Counted from the stretch's first letter, positions 41,275 to 49,988 are shown. The stretch is 64,000 nt of DNA from an uncultured virus (IMG/VR IMGVR_UViG_3300005326_000004) (IMGVR_UViG_3300005326_000004); one strand, 5' to 3'. The notes: a model not told the origin generated them from the sequence alone. A program made the numbers and translations.

Positions 41275-41652
41275 ATGTTCACAATTGAAACCACATTTGT
41301 AATTTCCGCAGCCCACAAATTGAATCTTCCGTACAAATCGAAATGCTCTGAATTCCACGGGCATAATTGGACTATCACCGTAGGTCTTGCGGCTGAAAAC
41401 ACGAACCGGTATGGTATGATTGTTGACTTCGGGAAGATCAAGGAATTGCTCCACCACCTTGATCATAGCAACTTGAACACGTTCATTATCCAGCCCACTG
41501 CTGAAAACATTTCCGAATACATTTTTGATATTGTTGAAAGAGCGTGCATCAACGAGTACCCGAATGTAGCCATACCAGAAAGACCGTTCGTGCGCTTTGT
41601 CGATGTGGAGGAAAGTGAAGGTAACTGCGCTACATATTACCGGGAGTATTAA
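41275..41652 (+). CDS. queD: 6-carboxytetrahydropterin synthase
   Basis: SAAH, C...HGHNW, DFG, LDH..LN and PTAEN motifs; start at the ATG at 41275. Confidence 0.92.
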   Translation: MFTIETTFVISAAHKLNLPYKSKCSEFHGHNWTITVGLAAENTNRYGMIVDFGKIKELLHHLDHSNLNTFIIQPTAENISEYIFDIVERACINEYPNVAIPERPFVRFVDVEESEGNCATYYREY

Positions 41653-42270
41653 ATGCATACATACCGGGTAAACAGCATTTTCAGAAGTTTCCAAGGGGAA
41701 GGATTATATACCGGATGCCGGACTGTTTTTGTCCGGTTTTCTGGTTGTAATTTGCAATGCCCGTTCTGTGATACCGCATATGATACATATACGGAAATGA
41801 CTTCACAGGAAATATTCCTCGAAATAATGCATGTTAGTAATTACAATCCACCACCCCAGTTTGTGGTATTGACCGGGGGAGAACCATCATTGCAAGTTGA
41901 TATGGAGTTGATGGAGAAACTTCGGACATACTACCAAGTTCATATGGAAACGAACGGGGAAATTGAAATTGATCAACGTATTGTGGATATGATCGAATGT
42001 TTGACTGTTTCCCCGAAAACATATACATTCAAACAACGGGAAGGGACCGTTCTCAAGTTATTATGGCATGGGGAGACATACCAGGAAATCCAATCGTACC
42101 TCGCCAATACGTGTTTTTCCGAGTTCTTTATCCAGCCGGATTCAACATATGTCCATATACCAGTAAATAACCAGATTGATTTGCATAAACTCGAGAATTA
42201 CTTGTATGTCGCAAATATGTTGGACTTACGGTTGAGTTTACAAATTCATAAAATATTAGGGATTTCATAA
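41653..42270 (+). CDS. queE: 7-carboxy-7-deazaguanine synthase (radical SAM)
   Basis: SFQGEG, GCNLQCPFCDT, TGGEP, ETNG, SPK and SLQIHK motifs. Confidence 0.95.
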   Translation: MHTYRVNSIFRSFQGEGLYTGCRTVFVRFSGCNLQCPFCDTAYDTYTEMTSQEIFLEIMHVSNYNPPPQFVVLTGGEPSLQVDMELMEKLRTYYQVHMETNGEIEIDQRIVDMIECLTVSPKTYTFKQREGTVLKLLWHGETYQEIQSYLANTCFSEFFIQPDSTYVHIPVNNQIDLHKLENYLYVANMLDLRLSLQIHKILGIS

Positions 42271-42271
42271 T

Positions 42272-42835
42272 ATGGCGAATATATGGAATGATTATCAAGA
42301 TGCTAAAAGGCACTTGGTATGTCTATTACAATACATCGGGGAAGACCCGTTGAGGGAAGGATTGATAGATACTCCTGAACGGATACTCCGATCATGGAAG
42401 GAATTGTTTTCCGGGTATCAAGCCAACCCGGATGATATATTAACGTGTTTTGAAGACGGTGCTTGTAATGAAATGATTGCCATTCGTGGTATTGAGTTCT
42501 TCTCAACGTGTGAACATCATTTCCTTCCGTTCTTTGGAACCGTTGATATTGGGTATATTCCGAATGGTCGAGTTATCGGATTGTCCAAACCCGCCCGATT
42601 GGTGGAAATATTTTCGAGACGGTTACAAATTCAAGAACGGTTGACAACGCAGATTGCTGATGCTCTTGTTGAGTATTTGCAACCAAAGGGAGTCATGGTT
42701 GTAGTGAAAGCGAAACACTTTTGTATGACTTGCCGTGGTGTAAAACAGCCCAACAGCACTGCCGTGACCAGTGCAATACGGGGAGTGTTCCAGGACCTGG
42801 ATGCCCGTACCGAATTTATGAGGTTGACACAATGA
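42272..42835 (+). CDS. folE: GTP cyclohydrolase I
   Basis: REGL.DTP.R, CEHH, GLSK, RRLQIQE and HFCM..RG motifs. Confidence 0.95.
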   Translation: MANIWNDYQDAKRHLVCLLQYIGEDPLREGLIDTPERILRSWKELFSGYQANPDDILTCFEDGACNEMIAIRGIEFFSTCEHHFLPFFGTVDIGYIPNGRVIGLSKPARLVEIFSRRLQIQERLTTQIADALVEYLQPKGVMVVVKAKHFCMTCRGVKQPNSTAVTSAIRGVFQDLDARTEFMRLTQ

Positions 42836-43551
42836 GTAAAGCAATGGTTGTTTTTTCAGGTGGTCAAGATTCCACTACGTGCCTCGCATTAGCGCGGGAA
42901 GGAGTGAAAGATGGTGAGTACGAGGGTGTAATTGCCATTTCATTCATGTACGAGCAAAAGCATGCAACAGCCGAGTTGAATGCTGCTCGGCAAATTGTAC
43001 GGGAATGGGATATTCCACACAAACTTGTATATTTGAATATCCCATCAGTATCCGCGCTCCTTACCAGAAATGGGAGGTACGTTGCTGATGTTAATGGACC
43101 ACACCCGCAGCATCCCGATCTCCCGGCCTCGTTCGTTCCTGATCGGAATGCATATTTTTTGCTTATTGCTCACATGAATGCACAAGTGTATGGATGTGAT
43201 ACCATAATGGCTGGAATGAACCAAACGGATTACAGTGGTTATCCGGATTGCCGGGAGGAATTTCTCGTTCCATACATGAATGCTCTCAACATTGGGAGTG
43301 GAACCAACATAAAAGCGAAATTCCCATTGTTGCACAAATCGAAAGCAGAAATATGGAAAATGGCTTTTGACTTGGGAGTGTACCGTACCATCGTGTATGA
43401 AACCCATACGTGCTACAATGGGGAAACCACATCACTTCACGCTTGGGGCTTTGGTTGTGGTGAATGTCCCGCATGTGTGATCAGGCGGGAATCATGGGAA
43501 CAATTCATGAAAGACATAGGAGGAGATATCAATGCCAAGATCCGAGGGTAA
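42832..43551 (+). CDS. queC: 7-cyano-7-deazaguanine synthase
   Basis: FSGGQDS, VP.RN, GYPDCR, TCY and GCGECPAC motifs; start at 42832. Confidence 0.95.
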   Translation: MSKAMVVFSGGQDSTTCLALAREGVKDGEYEGVIAISFMYEQKHATAELNAARQIVREWDIPHKLVYLNIPSVSALLTRNGRYVADVNGPHPQHPDLPASFVPDRNAYFLLIAHMNAQVYGCDTIMAGMNQTDYSGYPDCREEFLVPYMNALNIGSGTNIKAKFPLLHKSKAEIWKMAFDLGVYRTIVYETHTCYNGETTSLHAWGFGCGECPACVIRRESWEQFMKDIGGDINAKIRG

Positions 43552-43930
43552 ACGATTCAGACGGAAAAGCCCGTCTCACATCAAAGTGAATTTTTTGGAG
43601 ACGATTCCGTTTGATTGTGTTACGCAAAAGATCGTAATCGAAACGAAGGAGTTCTCTGCTGTATGCCCGTTCTCCGGTCTTCCGGATATTGCCAAAGTGG
43701 TTATTGTATATTACCCAGTTGGCAAAAGGATCATTGAATTGAAATCGTTGAAGTACTACTTCATGTCGTTTCGGGACGTAGGAGTGTACCAGGAACAAGC
43801 CACCGCAATTATCTTTGAAGATTTGAGCAGAGTATTGGGTATTTCCGAGGAAGGCCTCCAGGTCATAACCACGTATAATACCCGTGGTGGAATGGACGTT
43901 GTTTGCCAAATGGGATGTAATATTTTATGA
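43532..43930 (+). CDS. queF: preQ0 reductase (type I QueF)
   Basis: EFSAVCPFSGLPD, the QueF motif ELKSLKYY and C-terminal RGG. Confidence 0.88.
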   Translation: MPRSEGKRFRRKSPSHIKVNFLETIPFDCVTQKIVIETKEFSAVCPFSGLPDIAKVVIVYYPVGKRIIELKSLKYYFMSFRDVGVYQEQATAIIFEDLSRVLGISEEGLQVITTYNTRGGMDVVCQMGCNIL

Positions 43931-44697
43931 AGTACTTTTTCTCTTCACCGTCTTCCAGCTCCCTCCCGGTAATGAGGGAGCTGGGAGTTAATAATTATCT
44001 GTTCAGTTTCATGGTAGGCGGGAAAACATGGTATAAAGTTGTGCAACCAACGGAAACCGTATTGATGGATTCCGGAGCGTTTTCCGTATGGAACAGTGGG
44101 AAAACGATTGACATTGTGCAATACAAGAATTTCCTGAAAACGTTACCCGATCATTTTTTGAAGGTATCGTTGGATGTTATACCCAAAACCGGGAGTACCC
44201 CCAAAGAAATTGAGCATTGTTGTGAACAAGGAATTGAGAATTACAAGTTCCTGTGTGATGGAGTGAAAAACGTTATGCCCGTATATCATTACGGGGAACA
44301 TGAACGGTTTCTCAAAACGTATATGGAATATACGGATTACATTGGAATCAGTCCCGCAAATGACACATCCGAAAAATGCAAACGTCAATTCTTTTCCCAA
44401 GTATTTTCCATATTGGGGAGTAAAATACGTACCCATGCTTTTGGCTATTCATCTTTTTCTGGATTGGTTTTATATCCCTTCACCTCGGTTGATAGCATTA
44501 CTTACAACCGCTGGCAAAAACCAAGGGGAAAGAGAGGATGTATGTTTCGTGAGGATGATTATACCATCAAAAATATCCGAATCAATTCAACGTCATTGAA
44601 CTATTTTTTATATGAACGAATTCGGGTATTCTTGGAATACGAAAAGTTCATAACCGAATTATGGGAAGGTCGGGGTATCTCATGGAGCACAACGTAA
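43927..44697 (+). CDS. dpdA: DpdA-like DNA-guanine transglycosylase (TGT fold)
   Basis: MDSGAFS, LDVIP, PVYH, HAFG and SVDS motifs; adjacent to the que genes. Confidence 0.78.
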   Translation: MKYFFSSPSSSSLPVMRELGVNNYLFSFMVGGKTWYKVVQPTETVLMDSGAFSVWNSGKTIDIVQYKNFLKTLPDHFLKVSLDVIPKTGSTPKEIEHCCEQGIENYKFLCDGVKNVMPVYHYGEHERFLKTYMEYTDYIGISPANDTSEKCKRQFFSQVFSILGSKIRTHAFGYSSFSGLVLYPFTSVDSITYNRWQKPRGKRGCMFREDDYTIKNIRINSTSLNYFLYERIRVFLEYEKFITELWEGRGISWSTT

Positions 44698-45158
44698 TAC
44701 CAATTGACCAATTATATACCCCTGAATGGTATTGTAAGCAAGACGTGGAATCAGCCGTTCGTTTCAAATTGACGAATTCAATAAAACGTTATGGATACGG
44801 AGTTATCATTGTAAATGTTAGTTTTAATGGTTGTTATGATATAATTGATGGTAACACCCGTGTTGACATTTTGAAAGAAATGGGGTACAAAGAAGTCCAT
44901 TGTGAAATGCATAAACTTTCTGAATGGGAAGCCATCATATTTTCCTACAACCTCAACCGACATTGGAGTGAGGAGCACATAATTAAATTTTCACGGATAT
45001 TGGTTGATAGGGTACTTCCTTATATCAGCCCCGTGGAAATGTCAAACTTCGTGCCCGAAAGTGTGGGGCAGATAAACAGTTTGATGAATTTGTGTACGTT
45101 TGAATGGGAGAAGCACTTGAAAACCGATAACAATTTATTTGATTGGATGGATGAATGA
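44682..45158 (+). CDS. ParB/Srx-like domain protein
   Basis: L.NSIKRYG...IIV...YDIIDGNTRV motif. Confidence 0.75.
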   Translation: MEHNVIPIDQLYTPEWYCKQDVESAVRFKLTNSIKRYGYGVIIVNVSFNGCYDIIDGNTRVDILKEMGYKEVHCEMHKLSEWEAIIFSYNLNRHWSEEHIIKFSRILVDRVLPYISPVEMSNFVPESVGQINSLMNLCTFEWEKHLKTDNNLFDWMDE

Positions 45159-45673
45159 TCATAAATATGTTATTCCATGAAGATGCTATCCTGAAACGCA
45201 TCAATGATACTGCACTGTTTATTCGGGAGCGTTACCGTGTTACCGGGGGGAACAAAGAGATCGTTTTGGTTATACTGGCAAATGGGGGTTTACGTTTCGG
45301 AAGAAAATTGATCAAATTGTTGGAGTACTACAACGTACCGTTCATTTCCGAAATTGTACGAGCAAACTCATATGAAGGAACCGAACGGAAAGATGTACAC
45401 ATTCGGAAACGTAAACTTGATGTGACGGGTAAACTCGTTTTCGTGATTGATGATATTATTGATTCTGGTGAAACAATGCAATCCGTAACAACGTGGCTTG
45501 GTTCATACGCTCCACATCGGTTATATGTGATCACGTTGCTTACCCGTAAGCCTGGTACAGCGGACTTTGAGGGTTTTGATATTAGCGAGGAAAACCGTTT
45601 TGTGATCGGTTTCGGTATGGATTACAATGGTAATTTCCGTGGTGTAAACGACATTTACACATTGGTTTTATGA
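45155..45673 (+). CDS. hpt: Hypoxanthine/guanine phosphoribosyltransferase-like protein
   Basis: SY loop, VFVIDDIIDSGETM PRPP-binding motif and FVIGFGMDY motif. Confidence 0.88.
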   Translation: MIINMLFHEDAILKRINDTALFIRERYRVTGGNKEIVLVILANGGLRFGRKLIKLLEYYNVPFISEIVRANSYEGTERKDVHIRKRKLDVTGKLVFVIDDIIDSGETMQSVTTWLGSYAPHRLYVITLLTRKPGTADFEGFDISEENRFVIGFGMDYNGNFRGVNDIYTLVL

Positions 45674-47259
45674 TCAAAGAAATTAAACGAATCAATTACA
45701 AATCATTACCACGGGAGGAGTTTGAGTCGTGGCTCGATGGTTACATTACCTTCGAGCCATCGTTACTCACTCACCAGTTGGCTTCTGTGTGCTTTGCATT
45801 GGGGGAGGGGCTGACTCGGGTAATGTTTACAAACGATATTGGTACATGCAAAACATATACTTCTTTGGCGTTGTCCATGTGCTGGAAACCCAAAGGGCGA
45901 ATATTGGTTGTATGCCCGAATACCGTTGTATACACCACATGGGAAAAGCAAGTAAAGAAGTATACCAATTACGACTTTGAGGTGTTGACGGGTACGAAGT
46001 TGGAACGTGAAAAAACCCTTTTCACAACCAACAAAGATATGTACATTATCAATTACGAAGGATTACGGGTACTGTTTTGGGATACAATCGAAAACAACAA
46101 AGGTACCAAGAAAGGTGTTGTGAATTTAGCAAGAATAAAACAAGCAGGTTTCGAGCAAATTATATTCGATGAAATGCACCACCTGAAAGACGAAACCACA
46201 CAGCAAACGAAAATAGCCCGTGAGTTGTCCAAACGCGCTCGGTACGTGATCGGATTGACTGGTACTCCATTGGGTAAAAGTGTTTCCGATTTGTTTTCAC
46301 AATATTTGGTTCTGGACAATGGTGCTACATTGGGGGATAACCGTTTCTTATTTGAACGGGAGTACTTTTATAAACCGAGCATAAAAGTTCCTTACAAAAT
46401 GGAACCAAAACGGATATGTAGTATCTGTGGTGAACTGTATGATCACAAATTGAAACATTTGGAATTTCATAGAATATCCTTACCTGAATACCGTAAAAAG
46501 TTCCCGGTGGAAAAGACGGCTACCGATTTAATTTTAGATCGTGTGTCGTATTGTACATTACGGTACAGTAAGGAAGAATGTTTGGATTTACCAGACCAGA
46601 TATATCAGGTGCGTACGGTTGAACCATCCGTTGAGCAAACGCAAGTTACTCAAGAAGTCGTTTTAGGAATTCACGTCAACTCTCTTACCGAAAGCAACGT
46701 TGAGTACCATACGCAAAAATTGGTACAAATCACCGGGGGTTTCTTACTGGATAAGGAAGGTAGTTGTGAAGTATACAAAACAAATCCGAAGTTGCAGGAA
46801 TTGGGAGAAACCCTTTCACAAATATCTGGTAAGTGTATCATATATCATTATTACGTCAAAGAATCCGAATTGATCAGTGAGTACCTGAAAGATATGGGGT
46901 ACTCGTTTGTTGTGGTAAATGGTAACGTAAGTAAAGCCGAACAGAAAAAGCAAATTGATTCATTTATCAACGGGAATGTACAAGTACTTCTCGCAAATCC
47001 AAATAGTGGAGGTGAAGGGATTGATGGTTTACAAGTATCATCCACCATCATATATTACAGCAGAAGTTATATGGGTAGTATATTGCGTCAACAATCGGAA
47101 GGGCGTATACACCGGCAGGGCCAAAAAAACAACTGCGTGTATATAGACTTGGTTATGCATAACACAATAGACGAAATACTTTTTGATAATATGTCCAATT
47201 GTTCAAAACAATTTAAGAGTGTACTTACGTATTTGCAAAAAAAGTATAAAAAAGGTTGA
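45670..47259 (+). CDS. SNF2-family helicase/ATPase
   Basis: DIGTCKT, INYE, DEMH, LTGTP and QSEGRIHRQGQ motifs. Confidence 0.88.
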   Translation: MIKEIKRINYKSLPREEFESWLDGYITFEPSLLTHQLASVCFALGEGLTRVMFTNDIGTCKTYTSLALSMCWKPKGRILVVCPNTVVYTTWEKQVKKYTNYDFEVLTGTKLEREKTLFTTNKDMYIINYEGLRVLFWDTIENNKGTKKGVVNLARIKQAGFEQIIFDEMHHLKDETTQQTKIARELSKRARYVIGLTGTPLGKSVSDLFSQYLVLDNGATLGDNRFLFEREYFYKPSIKVPYKMEPKRICSICGELYDHKLKHLEFHRISLPEYRKKFPVEKTATDLILDRVSYCTLRYSKEECLDLPDQIYQVRTVEPSVEQTQVTQEVVLGIHVNSLTESNVEYHTQKLVQITGGFLLDKEGSCEVYKTNPKLQELGETLSQISGKCIIYHYYVKESELISEYLKDMGYSFVVVNGNVSKAEQKKQIDSFINGNVQVLLANPNSGGEGIDGLQVSSTIIYYSRSYMGSILRQQSEGRIHRQGQKNNCVYIDLVMHNTIDEILFDNMSNCSKQFKSVLTYLQKKYKKG

Positions 47260-47284
47260 CATATATACTATCATATGGTATATT
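47256..47284 (+). promoter_or_regulatory. Sigma70-type promoter
   Basis: TTGACA-N17-TATATT with an extended -10 TG. Confidence 0.65.
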
Positions 47285-47327
47285 ATAATTGTGGGGGGAG
47301 GTGATACCGAACCCCATAAAAATAAGA

Positions 47328-47372
47328 TGAAACCATATAACATACCGGACGTATAATATTATATGGGGGGGG
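47328..47372 (+). promoter_or_regulatory. ECF-sigma-like promoter
   Basis: TGAAAC-N16-CGTATAATATTATATGGGG. Confidence 0.55.
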
Positions 47373-47403
47373 AAGGGAAGCCACCAATTGAAAGGGAAGG
47401 ACA

Positions 47404-47670
47404 ATGAATATAAACACCACTGATACCACCCCAACGCCAAAGGATTATGATAATGCGTTGGATATTTTCTCACTGGAAAAACGGTATGACAAACATACCT
47501 ACACCAAGGAAGAAAATATCGTGTTGTTCAATGCTATCCTGGCGTTCGTTATCCGTTACCGGGCTCACATCGAATATTACGGATTGGAAGAGTTCCTTAC
47601 CAAGTTTGCTGAAACGTACGTTAAGGACGGATTGAATGCCGCTCTTGACAATGTTATCATGAAAGGGTAA
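47404..47670 (+). CDS. Early hypothetical protein (related to 47675..48160)
   Basis: TTP..D..NA..IF and FV.RY...I...GL..F...F...Y shared with the next ORF. Confidence 0.65.
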   Translation: MNINTTDTTPTPKDYDNALDIFSLEKRYDKHTYTKEENIVLFNAILAFVIRYRAHIEYYGLEEFLTKFAETYVKDGLNAALDNVIMKG

Positions 47671-47674
47671 GACA

Positions 47675-48160
47675 ATGAAACGTTACATTGAAAAAACCAC
47701 ACCCGAGCAGGACGAAAAAAACGCCATACGTATTTTCCGTATTTACAAAATGGCCAGGAACGGTAATATTGTACTTGATAAAGTGTTGAGAGAAATCTCC
47801 CTGGATATTCGGGGGGCTTGCACTCCCGGCCAGAAGAAGCGTTTTTACACGCAAATTTCTGCTATGAAGGATGCCGGTCTGTTCGCTCCGGATGAAACGG
47901 ATGAAGAGAACATCTTTTACATCTCCGCTGCTACTGAATTTGTCCTTCGTTACACAGATATCATTGATCAGTGCGGTCTGAATTATTTTATTGAGGACTT
48001 TTCCAGGTGGTACATTGAGCGGTCTAACAATGAATCCCATGCGGAGTATACCAATGAATCGTTTGGACCGGGAAACGGGCTCGATCCTGATGGAACCAAA
48101 CCCGTGTATGACGCTTGGGCTGCCGGGGATACCAAACACAACCGTACTGACGAGGCGTAA
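47675..48160 (+). CDS. Early hypothetical protein
   Basis: RBS present; shares segments with 47404..47670 and 48497..48742; the stop codon lies inside hammerhead 1. Confidence 0.7.
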   Translation: MKRYIEKTTPEQDEKNAIRIFRIYKMARNGNIVLDKVLREISLDIRGACTPGQKKRFYTQISAMKDAGLFAPDETDEENIFYISAATEFVLRYTDIIDQCGLNYFIEDFSRWYIERSNNESHAEYTNESFGPGNGLDPDGTKPVYDAWAAGDTKHNRTDEA

Positions 48161-48199
48161 AGCGCCGAAACGGGAGAATACTCTCTCCCGTATACGGTT
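48140..48199 (+). ncRNA. Type I hammerhead ribozyme 1
   Basis: AACCGTA-CTGACGA-GGCG(TAAAG)CGCC-GAAA-CGGGAGA(ATACTC)TCTCCCG-TA-TACGGTT. Full core; predicted cleavage after GUA at 48192. Confidence 0.92.
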
Positions 48200-48228
48200 A
48201 GCAGTACCAGCAACAAAGGAGGTTTATT

Positions 48229-48420
48229 ATGTACGAAGTCACTTCCACAAGAAACGGTTATGTTCTGTGCTATGTCAATGTCCGGAGCATTGCGGATGCC
48301 AGACATATGGCAGAATGCCTTGAAAAGGAAGACCCGTCCATAAAGGTGATTATTTACCATGTTCATTACGTTTTGACCAAGGGTTCTTTTTGCAAGATTA
48401 TCCGTGAAATTGAAAGATAA
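48229..48420 (+). CDS. Small early hypothetical protein
   Basis: Strong RBS AAGGAGG. Confidence 0.65.
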   Translation: MYEVTSTRNGYVLCYVNVRSIADARHMAECLEKEDPSIKVIIYHVHYVLTKGSFCKIIREIER

Positions 48421-48463
48421 TGGAACCACCCCGTAGGTCCAAACGTGTAATATATATGGGGGG
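48421..48463 (+). promoter_or_regulatory. ECF-sigma-like promoter
   Basis: TGGAAC-N17-CGTGTAATATATATGGGGG; the 22-mer AAACGTGTAATATATATGGGGG is identical to 40311-40332. Confidence 0.55.
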
Positions 48464-48496
48464 ATGGATAACGTACTCAACAAAAGGAGCAATACA

Positions 48497-48742
48497 ATGG
48501 AAAAGAATAACAACTACAATCCGTCCAAGCACACGATGGAGACCGCGCTTCACATCTACAAAATGGTGAAATATGATAACATTGCGATGGAAGACGCAGT
48601 GAAGGAAATCGCTCTCACAATCGAAGAATGCCGGGAACACGAAAATCAGCATGACATTGCCGAAGTCATGGAAGTTCTGATGGAGAAGAAGAAGGAAATG
48701 GAATTGGAGGAAATGCTCAAAAATGTTTCGATTACGGCGTAG
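48497..48742 (+). CDS. Small early hypothetical protein
   Basis: RBS AAGGAG; IYKM....NI......EI.L.I shared with 47675..48160. Confidence 0.7.
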   Translation: MEKNNNYNPSKHTMETALHIYKMVKYDNIAMEDAVKEIALTIEECREHENQHDIAEVMEVLMEKKKEMELEEMLKNVSITA

Positions 48743-48806
48743 TTATCCTGACGAGTCGTGTAGCGACGAAACAGAGTGAACCCAATCCGTTCACTCTGTC
48801 GATAAC
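48742..48806 (+). ncRNA. Type I hammerhead ribozyme 2
   Basis: GTTATC-CTGACGA-GTCG(TGTAG)CGAC-GAAA-CAGAGTGAAC(CCAATCC)GTTCACTCTG-TC-GATAAC. Predicted cleavage after GUC at 48800. Confidence 0.93.
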
Positions 48807-48838
48807 AACCAAAAACCCATAACGAAAAGGAGCAACCA

Positions 48839-49012
48839 ATGGATGAATTAATTCACTACTTTGGTTGCGGTATTTTTGAAGGTTTTGGAGTGGTATTATT
48901 CGTGTATATCAAAAATAAGTTTTTCAGCAAAGTGGAACAAAAGGAATCCGAATTGAAGGAAGCGTTTCCGAACTTCCATTTTCCGATTGAAGAAGGTGAG
49001 TTGTATGATTAG
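48839..49012 (+). CDS. Small membrane protein (57 aa)
   Basis: RBS AAGGAG; MDELIHYFGCGIFEGFGVVLFVYIK...; below the ORF-track cutoff. Confidence 0.55.
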   Translation: MDELIHYFGCGIFEGFGVVLFVYIKNKFFSKVEQKESELKEAFPNFHFPIEEGELYD

Positions 49013-49392
49013 CATTATTGGTGTTGCAATCATTTGGGGAGCCGTTTACTACGTAATATGGAGGATGAACTAATGGAAACATTATTGACTCCTTTGGTCC
49101 AGGGACTGGTATTCGGATGTGGCACAGCGGTCACTTTCGGAATCGTTATGCTCGCTGAATGGTTGATCAAGGAAACGTTCAAGCACAGGGGAGGGGGTAA
49201 TCCCCTCCTCCATTGGGGGATACAATGTTTTTACGCAATGCAGAAGAAGTACTCCATATATTGGAGCAAAACGCAATAATTCGTAACCGGGGAGAAGTGG
49301 TTGACATGCACATTGTACGGCAATTGTTCAGCCAATTTATGGTGGAGGATGTCGAAGATTTGGAAGATTCCCCTACATTCAAGGAATAAGAC

Positions 49393-49683
49393 ATGGCTCG
49401 ATTGCCGTATTACAGCGTACACAAAATCAAGAAATTCCATGAAGAACACGGAGGTACGTTTTTTGATAAAAAACGTTTCGAGTTCAACCGATGGCATATG
49501 ATTGACTTTGGGTACAAACGTTACAAGGGGGAAACATACCTATACAAAAAAGTTGGTAAACTGGTTGTATGGCGTTTGGATAAAGTCACCGGGGAATTAA
49601 TCGAAACCTCGTTTAGTGACTTTGATCATTCCGTTGTTTTTTGCAGACCAGCAACACGGTGGAATTCACGGAGGAATAAGTAA
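49393..49683 (+). CDS. Hypothetical protein
   Basis: RBS AAGGA; coupled to the next ORF. Confidence 0.6.
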   Translation: MARLPYYSVHKIKKFHEEHGGTFFDKKRFEFNRWHMIDFGYKRYKGETYLYKKVGKLVVWRLDKVTGELIETSFSDFDHSVVFCRPATRWNSRRNK

Positions 49684-49988
49684 TGGCTATAAAATCAACA
49701 GAAATTGAATGTGTTGATGTATACGCTTATGGCCTCGCTGCCGAATATCGGTTTACCATGCGAGTCCCAAAAATGCCCGATTCCAAACAGCAGATCCTGC
49801 TGGCAATCAAGGACGCACAAACGTTAAACGAAGGAGATCTCTACCCACACCTGATCAACAATCCCATCCGGTATATTTCGTTACCGGGAGGCAAAAGTTA
49901 TTTTGCCGTGAACAAAACAAAATGTGTTGGCTATTCATTCAGGGAAGTTATTGAAATCAGTAAAAAGGAGATGAAATATGAAGTTTGA
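49683..49988 (+). CDS. Hypothetical protein
   Basis: RBS GGAGG; TAATG stop/start overlap. Confidence 0.6.
   Translation: MAIKSTEIECVDVYAYGLAAEYRFTMRVPKMPDSKQQILLAIKDAQTLNEGDLYPHLINNPIRYISLPGGKSYFAVNKTKCVGYSFREVIEISKKEMKYEV

Noticed and set aside
43927..44697. Ordinary tRNA-guanine transglycosylase
   Set aside because: Too short, no recognisable CxCxxC zinc site, and the phage context favours DpdA.
49188..49211. GC-rich hairpin (and the one at about 50343-50395) as possible tRNA
   Set aside because: No cloverleaf or T-loop motif; I recognised no tRNA genes in the window by eye.
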